A stretch of DNA of 64,000 nt from the human T2T-CHM13v2.0 reference genome, Homo sapiens, in the NCBI RefSeq assembly GCF_009914755.1, contig NC_060938.1. The stretch is one strand, 5' to 3'. The notes beneath the pieces were generated by a model. It searched no databases, was not told the origin of the DNA, and worked only from the letters and a program-made list of their open reading frames with translations. How positions within the stretch are numbered: the first letter of the stretch is position 1; each line of letters begins with the position of its first letter. This document shows, one piece after another, positions 1-15,024 of the stretch. The translations under genes and the position numbers were made by a program.

Positions 1-267
1 GATATGATCCATAGAGGGCATCCTCTCAGAACAGAGAGCAATGTAGAAAATGCTCTGGTGTGGATCTGGGGGACAAGCAAGACATATCTAATACACTGAT
101 TTAAAAGGCCTCAAAGTCTACAATGGGGACTCTTATGTCATTTTTTTGTTGGAAGATGATAGCTAGGAATATGAAGAAAGAGATGACTACGGTTAATGTT
201 TTTGATGGAAATCTTTAATTTCTCAAAGATTTTAGAGAAGAAATCTTTAATTTCTCAAATATTTTAG

Positions 268-573
<306 letters not shown>

Positions 574-907
574 TGACTTAGTGAATCAAGGTCCTTGACT
601 TCCCCATTCCCTTCTTTATTTCAGCCATTGGGAATATGGCAAGACATCAGAAGAGAATGGCTGCTGGGATCCTATTCTTGGTGAGAATGCCCCTGACATG
701 GCCCAACTTGGCATGGCAGGAAGGGATGGAGCCGCTGCCTTTAAGGGATCATGCAGACTGGAATAAGAGGCATATTAGTAGGGACCACTAAGAACCTAAG
801 TCCTTAAGGCTGTCCTGCAATTCTCTGGACTGTGGAGGAAGGGATTTGGAATCAGATTTGATTTGATAAAGAAAAATAATGAACTATTTTTATGAAAACT
901 AAATAAT

Positions 908-1689
908 TGAAAGCTGTCAAAGATTATGACAGAGAAGTCTATCATGGCTGACTCCATCTTGTTTCTAGCTTCCCAGGCTGCTTGTCCTTGCTCATTCTTT
1001 GGTGTAGGCCAAGCTGACCATGGGAGGAATTTATAATTTAATTTTGAAGTAAGGATGATAATAATGTCTCCTTAAAATTAACTCCCTTCTTGCTCAGGGA
1101 TCAAAACTGCCTTCGTAAAACTAATGAAAGGCCAAGAGGTTAGGATTATGGGAGGGGCCTGAATTCTGCTAAAATGTAGGTATAGCTAAACAATAATCAT
1201 CCATTGTCCCCTAGTTTGCCCTTTTATAATCCCTTGCTGCTCAAGACTCATGTGGCCAGAGGTTGCAAGATTTTGTGACTTCCCCAATTGCTCCTATAGA
1301 TAACATCATTATGGTAGAACCTGAGATTAGTCTTTTGACAGGTTTTTCAGACTTTTGCATTCTAGCAACTGACTGATTCCACTTGGCTGGGACTCATGAC
1401 TCAACTGGTCCCATGGCTCCTACCCAGAAGTGGACTCAGCGCACGAGGACCATTTTCTACACCTCTATGATTTCATCCCCAACTAATCAGCATCACCCAT
1501 TCCCTAACCTCATGCCCACCAAATTATCCTAGCATCTGAGTTCTTGGGGAGACTGATTTGGTAATAACTCCAGTCCTACCACTTGGCTAGCTCTGCATTA
1601 ATAAAACTCTTTATTTACTGCAATACTGAGTTCTCAGTGAATTGGTTTTGTCTGTGCAGTGGGCAGGGAGAAGCTGTTGAGCGATTACA
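908..1689 (+). mobile_element. Solo ERV1 LTR, LTR8A/B-like
   Basis: TG...CA ends, gactccatcttg motif, AATAAA at about 1600, end gggcagggagaagctgttgagcgattaca. Confidence 0.75.
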
Positions 1690-2170
1690 TTATTGTCTTT
1701 GAGTCTTATAACTAAGTGAAGTTAATACTGACTGCACAATAAAATAAATGAATAATAGAGATTTTAATAATTAATTGTTCATATACACCTATATCTTAAA
1801 TTTCATTTACTTGAGATGAACAAGGGAGAGCAGTATTATTAGATGGCAGCTCCCTGATTGTTTGCTCCTTTTGGCAGGTGAAGCAAAACAACATGCTTGA
1901 GGGACAAGATCCCTCAAATCCCACAAATAACAGAAAAAATTCCAACTTCAGAATTAATTAATAACTGCATTCATGTATTTATTCAATTTTAATAAATAGT
2001 CATTCATCATTCCACCCTGAGCTAGGTGTTAGAGATAGATGAGAAATAAGACACTGTTCTTACAGTGAGTTTAGAGAAAAAACAAGGAAAATAAGGAATA
2101 ACATTAGAAAAAACTCTTATTTCTCTCCCCACCACTGTATTTTTTCCCTCCCTTCTGCCTCTCAATCAAG

Positions 2171-3697
2171 AAAGGACAGGACTTAGAAGGAAGCCACCTC
2201 CTGGAAAGCCTGAACTAAACTAAAGTGGGGTGACTGGCCCTGACTGGAGGGAAGGCTTGTGGCCCAAACAATTTGACATAAACCAGATTTTCAGGCTCAT
2301 AGAGGCTCCACCTCTAGGCAAATCTTTTCTTTTCTTCTTCTTCTTCTTTTTTTTTTTTTTGAAATAGATTTGCTCTGTTGCCCAGGATGGAGTACAGTGG
2401 TGCAATCTTGCTCACTGCAACATCCACCTCTTGGGCTCAAGTGATCCTCCCACTTCAGACCCACAAGTAGCTGGGACTACAGGCCTGCACCACCATACCT
2501 GGCTAATCTTTGTATTTTTTGTACAGATAGGGTTTCACCATGTTGCCCAGGCTGGTCTTCAACTCCAGAGCTCAAAGCCATCCCCCTGCCCCAGCCTCCC
2601 AAAGTGCTAGGATTAGAGGCATGAATCACTGTATTAGTCCATTTTCACACTGCTATAAAGAATACCTGAGACTGCGTAATTTATAAAGACAAGACATTTA
2701 ATTGACTCACAGTTCCTCATGGCTGGGGAGGCCTTAGGAAACTTATAATCATGGCAGAAGACAAAAGGGAAGCAAGGCATGTCTTACATGGTGGCAGGAG
2801 ACAGCCAGGGCTGGGGAAAGCCAAACATTTTAAAATCATCAGATCTTGTGAGAACTCATTCACTAGCATGAGAACAGCATGAGGAAACCGCCCCCATAAT
2901 CCAATCACCTCCCACCAGGTCCCTCTCTCTACATGTGGGGATTACAATTCAAGATGAGATTTGGGTGGTGTATTAGTTTATTTTCATGGTGCTAATAAAG
3001 ACATACCCAAAACTGGAACAAAAGGAGGTTTAGTTGGACTTACAGTTCTACGCAGCTGGGAGCCAGAGGCCTCAGAATCATGGCAGGAGGTGAAAGGCCC
3101 TTCTTACATGGTGGCGGCAAGAGTAAAATAAGGAAGAAGCAAAAGCGGAAACCCCTGATAAATCCGTCAGATCTTGTGAGACTTATTCACTATTACGAGA
3201 ATAGCATGGGAAAGACCAGCTCCCATGATTCAATTACCTCCCTCTGGTTCCCTCCCACAACACGTGGGAATTCTGGGAGATAAAATTCAAGTTGAAATTT
3301 GGGTGGGGACACAGCCAAACCATATCAGGTGGGGACACAGACCCAAACCATATCAGCTACCACGCCCTACTAGCAAATCTTTTCTTAAATGCCAGCTGAC
3401 TTGCTCTTCGGAATACCTTTCTGTCTCTTTTCTCTTTCATAGCACTTCTTTGTACACATATATACTGCCTTCAGAGTCTCCAAAATTTGCCTTGGGTTTG
3501 ACTTCCGACTCCAATTGTTTCCTTCCTCTAGGCCACAATCAAGAGTCTGATATTCTAAGTACTGTGCTTAGCTGTACTCTCCTATAGGTGAAGCCGATTA
3601 AAGTAATTTCCATTAACTTGTGAATGAAACTTAACATTCTTAAAAGGTGTCTTTGCATTTTAATAGCAGCCCCTTAACACAAATTAATCTCTATTTG
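2171..3697 (+). pseudogene. GREB1-like pseudo-exon split by Alu/LTR stack (2171-2331 + 3387-3697)
   Basis: Pyrimidine-rich acceptor before 2171 and donor TTG|GTAAGA. Removing the insert and one copy of the 14-bp TSD rejoins 102 stop-free codons (SGVTGPDWREGLWPKQFDINQIFRLIEAPPLGKSFL/KCQLTCSSEYL...SCTLL). Confidence 0.7.
2332..3372 (-). mobile_element. Nested stack: AluJ (2332-2629, 3356-3372) > MSTA-like (2630-2968, 3333-3355) > THE1C-like (2969-3327)
   Basis: Outer TSD GCAAATCTTTTCTT (2318-2331, 3373-3386); inner TSD GGTGG (2964-2968, 3328-3332); MaLR termini tgtattagt...ccatatca. Confidence 0.9.
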
Positions 3698-4087
3698 GTA
3701 AGATGTGTGAAAGTTACTTTTTGTGGGAAGAAAGAGGGTGAATTATTCCTTAATTCTCTGTTTAAAAGAGTTGCTACTCTCAGAGCCTCTGGAGTCTCAT
3801 CTCCCAGTCACTCCCCAGCACAAGGCAATTTTGCTTTTCTTCCTGAAGCTAATCACTGAAAAATTCTTTAGGTTAAATTCACTGGACATATTTTAGTCAT
3901 CTCTCTTAACCAATCTGTACACCCTACATCTTGAAATGTTGTGTTTCCTGACAGGAGACTTAGTTTTCCTTCTCTCTTTTCTAGATGCTCCTTCTGAAGT
4001 TCCTGTCATGGGATCACCTCTGTGCTTGCCTCTAAACATCAGTGTTCCAGCCTCAGCCTTGAGTGCTCACTGTACACACTCACCTGA

Positions 4088-4376
<289 letters not shown>

Positions 4377-4402
4377 TAGTCCATTTTAATGTCTCTCAGG
4401 CA

Positions 4403-5116
4403 TGAGAAATAAAAATAGAATTCTAAGTCTCCAACCTGACTGAACAGACCCCCTCTCGGCAAAGGGGACCCCAGAGAAACCTTGAAAACTCTCGGTCGTG
4501 ATGGGATGGGAGGTCAGACATACCTTGCTGTACTCCCTCCCGCGCTAACTGCCATTAGGCTTTCTTCCCTTAGGACTAAACAGAAACTAGTCCTTTCAAA
4601 AGACTCCACCCTTGATTTCAACCAAAGGCCTGAACACTGCCTCTCTTGCAGTTTCAACAAAACAACCAACCAGCATTTCTTCCTTATGAGAGATCACCGA
4701 CCATGGAGTGGTTTGGCCAGTCTATGGAGAATGCACAGTGAGGGCTTTTGTGTCCTCTGCTTCACTTTTTGACACCAGGAGGCCTAAAACTCCACTTTCA
4801 GATAACGCTAATGCCGCCATTTTTGGAACATGGGTCCCATAAAGAAGCATGAAGCTCAATTACACATGCACATATTTATCCTCTCATAAATATTCAGGAC
4901 TCCTTCTATAGCTTATTGAATACTGTATATTTAGCTACCCTTTTCAGCATAAATTCCTGTCTTATTCTTCTAACCTTTAAAGTGCCTGTTTCTGGCTTCT
5001 GGCTGGAGGTTATGCTTCAAAGCCTGTCACAATGATCACCCTGCAGGCTGCAATTTTTTATGAGAAATAAAGTTCTTCTTTCCAAATTTATGAGCCTTGT
5101 CATTCTTCAGTTGACA
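4403..5116 (+). mobile_element. Solo ERV1 LTR, MER39-like
   Basis: tgagaaataaaaat...cagttgaca with 4-bp TSD GGCA. Confidence 0.8.
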
Positions 5117-5138
5117 GGCACCTGAAACTTAGTATGTC

Positions 5139-5448
5139 TGTATTAGTCTGTTTTCACACTGCTATAAAAACATACCTGAGACTGGGTAATTTATAATGGA
5201 AAGAGATTTAATTAGCTCACTGTTGGAAGGCGAGACAGGCACTTTCTTCACAAGGCAGCAGGAGAGAGAAAAGCATGCAAGAGCAAGGAAAACTGCCTTA
5301 TAAAACCATCAGACTTTGTGAGAACTCACTATCTTGAGACGAGCATGGGGGAAACCACCCCCATAATCGAATCATTTCCCTTCCTCAACACATGGGGATT
5401 ACAATTCGAGATGAGATTTGGATGGGGACACAGAGCCAAACCATATCA
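5139..5448 (-). mobile_element. MaLR solo LTR (MST/THE1 group)
   Basis: tgtattagt...ccatatca with 5-bp TSD ATGTC. Confidence 0.9.
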
Positions 5449-5475
5449 ATGTCCAAGACTGAACTTCTTTACCTG

Positions 5476-5725
5476 CTCCTTCCTTCCTCTTTTTCTTTCT
5501 TTCTTTTTCTTGCTTTCTTTCTTGCTTTTGTTCTTTCTTTCCTTTCTTCTTTCCTTTCCTTTTTTCTTTCCCTCCCTCCCTTCCTTTCTTCCTTCCTTCC
5601 TCCTTCCTTCCTTTCTCTTTCTTTCTTTCCTTTCTTCTTTCTTTTCCTTTTTTCTTTCCCTCCCTCCCTCCCTTCCTTCCTTCCTTCCTCTTTCTTCTTT
5701 CCTTCTTCCTTCCTTCTTCCTTATT
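5476..5725. repeat. Polypyrimidine/polypurine (CTTT/CCTT)n tract
   Basis: About 250 bp, almost purely C/T on the + strand. Confidence 0.95.
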
Positions 5726-5726
5726 T

Positions 5727-6325
5727 CTGTAAATGGAAACCACGAGCTGTCTCCGAATACAGAAATGTATGCATTTGTCATATTCTATCCATCATCTTTT
5801 GAATGGCTTTTATATTTGGGGAAATTCCTACATTTTGAGTAACCCCTTCTCACTCATGTAGAAATCAGAACTTAAATTCCCCAGCCTCATTTGCAGCTAG
5901 GATACAGGCATGCTGACTAGATATCCTTGTGCAAGACTAAATTTGGAAGTGAGCAATGTGAATAAGCAAGCTCTGCATGAGATTTCTGTCCTGTTGTCAG
6001 AGCTTTCAGGCACAGAGTGGTTCAAGACCTAATGCAGAAATGGTATCAGCGGCAGTAGCAGTTTTAGTAAAGCCAAATTGCTGATATTTTGGGCTCAACA
6101 GCAGCAGCAGCAACATTTGGTATCATTTACTGAAATACGGAACACCAGTGACAAATTCCTGATTTGGGTAGTTTTGTGGCATGTTTTGGGCATGGTTTCT
6201 GAGAGCTGCTCCTTGAATGTTTCTCCAACTATCCTGATAATTCTGTGAGTTACTTAATGTCTTTTAATAAATCAGTTTTTGCTTAAATCAGCCAGAATGA
6301 AATCTACTGTTTGCAACAAAGAACA
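5727..6325 (+). mobile_element. MLT1-type MaLR LTR
   Basis: ttcccagcctcatttgcagctagg motif and 3' end aataaa...aaatcagccagaat...tttgcaacaaagaac. Confidence 0.65.
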
Positions 6326-6714
6326 CTAATTGACAGAGGAATTGTCCTCAACTTCCCCTTCAACCAACAGAATTTACAGAACTCGACTTTTCTTGATCCT
6401 TACTTACACTTTTTTAGTAGGCCACATCATCTGTTACTTAGATTACTTTGGCACTGTCCTATTTGGCCACCCACCTCTAGTTTTGACCTCTCTACTGTAG
6501 TAGACAGAGCAATCTATCTTTCTAAAATGCAAATCTCAACCTATCACTCTTAGGTTTAAGGTCTTTCAGTGGCTTCCAAATGCCCTCAAGATAAAGTCTA
6601 GGATCAAGTCCAAATTCCTTCTTATAGGCTCTCAGGATCTAGTCCTGGTTGACTTTTCCAGCTCATGTTTCCAGCCTGCTTCTCACACTTAATGTTGCAA
6701 TTATGTTTTTTGGC

Positions 6715-7490
<776 letters not shown>

Positions 7491-7732
7491 ATAGCAATGT
7501 CTTCTCTTTCCCTCCAGGGCTCTTACACATTCTGCTTCCTCTCTTTGAAGGAACTATCCTCCTCTTCTTTATATGCCTAACACTGTTCTGCAGGACTCAG
7601 GCCCTTATCCAGGAAAAGTTTTTTGACTGGTGAAGGCAGGAACTACCATTTTACTCCTTTTTCTTTCCTACTAAACTGGAGTTTTCTAACCTAATTGTAC
7701 TTTAGACTTAATCTGAGAATAAAAAATATACT

Positions 7733-8035
7733 GGCCGGGTACGGTGGATCACACCGTAGTCCCAGCATTTTGGGAGGCCAATGTGGGTGGATTGCTTGAG
7801 GTCAGGAGTTCGAGACCAGCCTGGCCAACATGACAAAAGCCTGTCTCTACTAAAAATACAAAAATTAGCTGGGCGTGGCAGCACACGCCTGTAATCCCAG
7901 CTACTATGGAGGCTGAGGCACGAGAATTGCTTGAACCCAGGAGGCAGAGGTTGCAGTGAGCCAAGATCATGTCAATGCACCTCAGCCTGGGTGACAGTGA
8001 GACTGTCTCAAGAAACAAACAAACAAACAAACAAA
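7733..8035 (+). mobile_element. Alu (AluS-like) in a MER5-like fragment
   Basis: Full dimer with (CAAA)n tail. Confidence 0.9.
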
Positions 8036-8285
8036 GATACTGGTTCCTGCGTCCTGCTTCTAGAGATTTTAGTTTTAATTGGTTTGGATAAGGCCTTGAA
8101 ACTGACATTTTAAAAAAGTATCCCAGATGATTACAATGTGGAGCCAAATTCAGAACCACTGCACTAGACTTCAAGCTTCTTTAGGACAGGGATTGTGTCA
8201 GATTCACTCTTGTTTCCCCAGTGCCTATCACAGTGCCAGGTACATATACTATACTGGTAAATGATTGTTTCCCCTAATTTCTCAG

Positions 8286-8682
8286 GGATATGGAATCAGA
8301 TTTGTGTTGTACACAGCATTCTATCTTATACCCTAACCCCTCTCACACACGTTAGCATCTGAGCATCCTTCTCATCAAAACAAAGAGCTACTTCTTGAGG
8401 AAAGAACTTACACTGGCATTTAAAATGCATCTCTAATCATCCTTGTATTTTGTTCTTAAACCAGTTTGATACTGATATAGTGAAGCTGCTTTATATAATC
8501 GAGTGCTGACAGGCACATTGTTTTGAAACAGTGTCTCTTTGTACCAGTTCCACAGAGCAAAACCACTAACTCTTTGTTTATAAACCTTTTGAGTCCTGAG
8601 AATTCAAAATAGTGAGGAGGTTGATGAGATCAACGCAATTATAATGAGTAGATTTTTAAAAAATTAACCAGTTTTCTGTGAG
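8286..8682 (+). pseudogene. Possible GREB1-like pseudo-exon (phase 2->0)
   Basis: Acceptor cccctaatttctcAG, weak donor GAG|GTTAAA. Phases fit both neighbours, but 8 stops in about 132 codons is near background. Confidence 0.4.
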
Positions 8683-9072
8683 GTTAAAAATGCATTTGGG
8701 AATAATTTTCTTAATTATACCCTATTTTCTTACATTTAAATTGACTTTTAAAAAACTCTTAATATCTTATATTTATACAGTGCTTTACATGTTGTAATTG
8801 TGCAAACTCAACTTTTATTAAATATCTTTTATTATCAATTGTGTATAATATTATAGAAATGAAATGCTATAGTTGATAGAATTCTTTCTGTCCCTGAGTT
8901 GTTTACAATTTATAGAAAGATGGAACAAAATACTTCAAAAAGCCCTGACCTAGGTCTCATGAAAAAGACAATTTAAAGCGTACATAGATAGCTGTAAGGA
9001 ATGACAACATATGGCTTACAAATACCACAAAATCCACGCTTTCCAGGGCATGTTCCTTGTTTATTATTGTAG

Positions 9073-9410
9073 CAGACCTGAGGAGGTAGACAAAAGGCAC
9101 TCTCTGTAGCTGCTAGATTTCCAAAATCCAAATCTTGTTTCAAAGAATCCTATGTTGCATTCAATAATTTTCTTTCTTAAATCCTGCATCATAAAACTAA
9201 AACTTCAGTGGGCTTGTCAGGACCTGGGATAGTGTGGGGTGGAAAAAAGCACCATCCATTTCTCATTGCAGCTGTAGTCGGAGCCACAGCCTGGTCATCA
9301 ATTCATATCTCCCTTTCCGAAAAAGAAAAAAAAAACTGTTCAAGCTTCAAAACCTTGAAATAGGGTCAGCAATTAAAGTTTTCATCTACCCAAAGCTTTT
9401 GTCATTCCAA
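9073..9410 (+). pseudogene. GREB1-like pseudo-exon
   Basis: Donor CAA|GTAAGA. RFPKSKSCFKESYVAFNNFLS*IL (9115-9186) vs GREB1 RFPRLHSAVIRTFVLVQHYAAALM. Two stops and one frameshift in the A10 run 9326-9335. Confidence 0.75.
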
Positions 9411-9555
9411 GTAAGAGAGACCAAGCCCCCAATTGCCCAGGGGAGCCCTGATACCACGTCAATTAGCAGGATTTCTAGGACACCAAACTACTCTTACTTT
9501 CTCTATAAAAAGTTAGTCATGAAGATTAATTTTCTTCTTTCTGTATCTCCTTGTA

Positions 9556-9790
9556 ATTCATATCATATGTTTTGGGGATTTCTGCGTAGGCTATATGCTT
9601 GCGGTTTGGAATGCTTTGTACAAAGCATGCTGGTGTATTCAGGGACTGAGTGTGGGATGTGACCCAAATATCTCCATGTTGTATCAGTTGAACTAACTAG
9701 ATAGTTCAGTTGATTTAGAATTGACAGGACTACCTATTGATTGACATGTATTGATTGATTGATAGAATTAACTAAATACAAAGACAATAG
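9556..9790 (+). pseudogene. GREB1-like pseudo-exon with damaged acceptor
   Basis: Long pyrimidine tract lacking AG; donor TAG|GTGAGT. IHIICFGDFCVGYMLAVWNALYKACW...DLELTGLP (9715-9735) vs GREB1 YLELEGLP. A (TTGA)n slippage shifts the frame. Confidence 0.7.
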
Positions 9791-10077
9791 GTGAGTGATA
9801 TTATGTGGTTCTACATAACTTAGGTGCAGTCACTTAGTACACAAAGCTTGAAACATAACCTGAAAATCAGAGAACACAAATTAATATTGTTATTGCATTT
9901 ATAAAATTAAGTCTATGACAACAGGCAGATTCTTGAACATTATTTTAGCCCCAAATTTTGGAGATAGCTTACTCTATAAATATTAGAAAAAGACAGTTAA
10001 GATGCCTTAATAATTAAAACACTAAAGTAGAAGTGTCTTTATGCTTTAACATGGATGTAACAAGATGAGTGCCTTGT

Positions 10078-10418
<341 letters not shown>

Positions 10419-10427
10419 TCATACCAG

Positions 10428-10555
10428 TTAAATAATTTAGATGTTACTAAATAATGAGGGAGCTCTGTCCAAATGTCTGTCAGAAGATTCTGTGACAGAA
10501 AATTCAAATCCTTGGATACTATTGATCAATTTGGCAATTGATATTCCTAGCTTCA
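10428..10555 (+). pseudogene. GREB1-like pseudo-exon truncated at 3' end by an Alu fragment
   Basis: Open MLLNNEGALSKCLSEDSVTENSNPWILLINLAIDIPSF from 10441, running into an Alu linker and right arm; no donor remains. Confidence 0.5.
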
Positions 10556-12014
<1,459 letters not shown>

Positions 12015-12060
12015 AATCACATTTGCAGCATGATCTTGCAAATTGCTTGTTTTCTTGCAG

Positions 12061-12142
12061 CCCTTTTATTGCTCAGAAATCTAACTATAGTACAGCCTAG
12101 TTATCTCTCTAATATAGGGACTATAGCATACAAAAGCAGAAG
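12061..12142 (+). pseudogene. GREB1-like pseudo-exon (phase 1->2) overlapping the GPR33 3' UTR antisense
   Basis: Acceptor ttgcttgttttcttgcAG, donor AAG|GTATAT, open LLLLRNLTIVQPSYLSNIGTIAYKSR. Confidence 0.55.
12065..12070 (-). terminator. Candidate GPR33 polyadenylation signal AATAAA
   Basis: First minus-strand AATAAA after the GPR33 stop, about 147 nt downstream. Confidence 0.55.
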
Positions 12143-12216
12143 GTATATCCTATTGGTATAATTGACCAAGTGCGTGTTTGCTTAAGAATCTAGAATTTAA
12201 ATTTAGGCTTCTGAGT

Positions 12217-13218
12217 TTAGGTTTGTGTCCTTTCTACAGAAGAATCTTCACTAAATGTTGACTCAAACAGAGCAAGAATGGACTTCTTGAAGACCTTTTT
12301 GAAATTCTCCCCAACAAATAAGTAGAGTGTGGGAGAAAAGATAGTATTGAAAGAAGTGGTTAGCACTGTAAGTATCAAAGTCAACTCTAAAAGTAGTGAC
12401 TGGTTCGTAGTGAGAAGTAAGCCCTGGTGTATATGGTAGGGCATCCAACACACAAAGAAAGAGATAATGGCAGTCATCATAACTTTGAAGGGCTTGCTGG
12501 ATTTAAACAGGCTCCTCTCTTTCACCTTGCTGGCTACTCTTTCATAACAAAAGATGATGATGAAGAAAGGCAGAAGAAAGCCCAGCAAGAAGCGGCTGAT
12601 GAAACAGGCCACATGAATCCACTGCCTTGATGCTTGCATCTCCTTGCTTTCCCAGTTAGTAGACACAGCATAGTTATTTTGGCAAGTCACCTTTCCTTTA
12701 CGGTCATGATGTGTCTCTCTGAAAATCAAATAGGGGATGCTGAGGGCAGCGGCTGAAATCCAGACTCCCAGGACAATGCTGGAAGCCCAGCGCCGGGTTC
12801 AGTGCTGCTGGGACCACACTGGGTGAAGAGTGAGAAGGTAACGATCAAGACCGATGGCCGAAAGGAAGAAAACAGAGGTGAACATCCCCAGAGACAAAGT
12901 GCCATTGAAGACCTTGCACAAGGCAGTTCCAAAGTTCCAGTGATTGTCTTGAAGTTGGGAGGTGGCCATAAATGGCAGAATCATTGTTGAAATAAAATAA
13001 GAGAGAATGAGATGAAAAAATAAGAGAGTATTGACAGTCTGTTTCATCTTGAATCTTAGCACCCATAGATAGAGGCCATTGGTGATGGTACCAATTATAG
13101 ATGAAATGTACAAAGAAAGGGCAATAATCATTTTTGATGCAGGAGCTAGAAACTGAGTGCTGTTTCTTACTAAAGTAGAGGCATTGATCAGGTAATCAGT
13201 AGAGTTGATCAGATCCAT
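12217..13218 (-). pseudogene. GPR33: GPR33 coding exon (333-codon class A chemoattractant-type GPCR), null allele with TGA at codon 140
   Basis: Two ORF-track pieces are one frame: MDLINSTDYLINAS...GLDRYLLTLHPVWSQQH*TRRWASSIVLGVW...CWMPYH...FSPTLYLF...VERTQT*. ATG 13218, internal TGA 12801-12799, stop 12217; 1002 bp with no frameshift. Seven TM segments and DRY motif. Matches the known polymorphic Arg140Ter. Confidence 0.98.
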
Positions 13219-13325
13219 AATGACCTGTGGAGTGAGAAACAGTGAAAATAACAACAAGAAAAAGCAAAAGAAAAGGTTAAATGTAAAAATTTAAAGAGTA
13301 ATTTTTTACATAGTGATACTTCTAG

Positions 13326-15024
13326 TCCAAATGATAATATTTTAACAGCAGTAAGCAAAATATTTCTGCAAATCAAATATTTTTCTAAGGTCTATACTTT
13401 TATGTTTTAATGAGGAATTAAGATCAGATGAATCTGAGCATCAAAAATAGAAATATATGGATGAAATGAAATAAATGTGAAAAGAAGTAAATGTTGGGAC
13501 ATTTTGACAATTGTTCAATAATTAGGTAGTTAAAAATCTATTTTTTTTTTCTGAGATAGGATCTCACTCTGTCACCCAGGCTGGAGTGCAGTGGAGTGAT
13601 TACAGCTCACTCAGCCTCAACCTCCTGGGCTCAAGGACTCCTCCTGCCTCAGCCTCCCAAGGAGTTGGGACTACAGGTGCACACTACCAGGCCGGATAAT
13701 TTTTTTGTTTGTTTGTTTTGTAGAGATGGGGTCTCACTATGTTGCCCAGCCTGGTCTTGAACTTTTGGACTCAAGTGATTTTCCCGCTTGGCCTCGCAAA
13801 GTGTTGGGATGACAGGTGTGAGGCACTGCGTGTGGCCAAAAATCTTCTACTTGGACGTTAACCAGAAGTCTGACACTTTTTGATGGGCAAAACTTCTTGA
13901 ATAAGGCAATGTAGAATGAGTCTTATTTGACTTGTGAGGGCAAAAGTAGCTAATGAAATGAATTTGAATAACAAAAATAATAGCAATGTTGCAAATTAGT
14001 AGTTATGGGTTTTATAATTAGATTTCTCTCATGAGCTAATTATATATAGTAAATACTATTGTCTAGTATTCTAATACTCAGCACATAACAGTAATAACTA
14101 ATATTCATATGGGAGCTGTAAGCCACTGCAAGATTGTGAAGTACCTTCAGAATCATCAACAAAAGAGGGAAGTGTATTGTAAGATGTAGTAATTTTTTTT
14201 TTTTTTGAGTCAGAGTCTTGCTTTGTCACGCAGGCTGGAGTGCAGTAGCATGATCTTGGCTTACTGCAAACTCTGCTTCCTGGGTTCAAGCTATTCTCCT
14301 GTCTCAGCCTCCTGAGTAGCTGGGATTACAGACACTTGCCACCACGCCCGGTGAATTTTTGTATTTTTGGTAGAGAGAGGGTTTTGCCATGTTGGCCAGG
14401 CTGGTCTCAAACTCCTGACTTCAGGTAATCCATCCACCTTGGCCTCCTAAAGTGCTGGGATTACAGGCGTGAGCCACTGCGCCTGGCCAAATGTAGTAAT
14501 ATTAATAGTTCATTCTTGAGGAGGGGACAAAAAGGAGAAAAGTCACCAAACTCATATTTATCCAATATTTGTGGTATGCCAGGAACTTTCTATAAAAATC
14601 ATTTCTGGCCGGGCGCGGTGGCTCATGCCTGTAATTCCAGCACTTTGGGAGGCCGAGGCGGGCGGATCACAAGGTCAGGAGATCGAGACCATCCTGGCCA
14701 ACATGGTGAAACCCCGTCTCTACCAAAAATACAAAAATTAGCTGGGTGTGGTGGTGTGTGCTTGTAGTCCCAGCTACTCGGGAGGCTGAGGCAGGACAAT
14801 CGCTTGAACCTGGGAGGCAGAGGTTGCAGTGAGCCGAACCGAGATGGTGCCCCTGCATTCCAGCCTGGTGACAGAGCGAGACTCTGTCTCAAAAAAAAAA
14901 AAAAAAATTCTGTTTTTCCTTGCAAAGCCTGTGAAGCAAATCTTTGAACAGAGGGGAAAGTGAGGCTTCGTAGGGTTACATGTCTTATCCATCAATATTT
15001 CCCACCATGCCTCCATTGTACCAG
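13326..15024 (+). pseudogene. Three small candidate pseudo-exons inside the GPR33 intron (13326-13350, 14067-14171/14178, 14928-15024)
   Basis: Donors GCA|GTAAGC, ATT|GTAAGA (or GAA|GTGTAT) and CAG|GTGGGA. Readings PNDNILTA; YSNTQHITVITNIHMGAVSHCKIVKYLQNHQQKRE; [31 protein letters not shown]. No recognised motif and frames are ambiguous. Confidence 0.4.

Noticed and set aside
1816-1960. Open stretch DEQGRAVLLDGSSLIVCSFWQVKQ... as an upstream exon
   Set aside because: Splice boundaries are ambiguous and there is no recognisable homology; cannot be supported.
5318-5842. Four overlapping ORFs rich in F/L/S or K/E/R/G
   Set aside because: Artefacts of the stop-free pyrimidine tract.
9234-9662. 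142-aa ORF as a standalone gene
   Set aside because: Non-ATG start. It is better explained as the frameshifted end of a pseudo-exon reading through an intron.
12217-12729. 170-aa GPR33 C-terminal ORF as a separate protein
   Set aside because: Starts at TTG after the nonsense codon and is just the distal part of the broken CDS.
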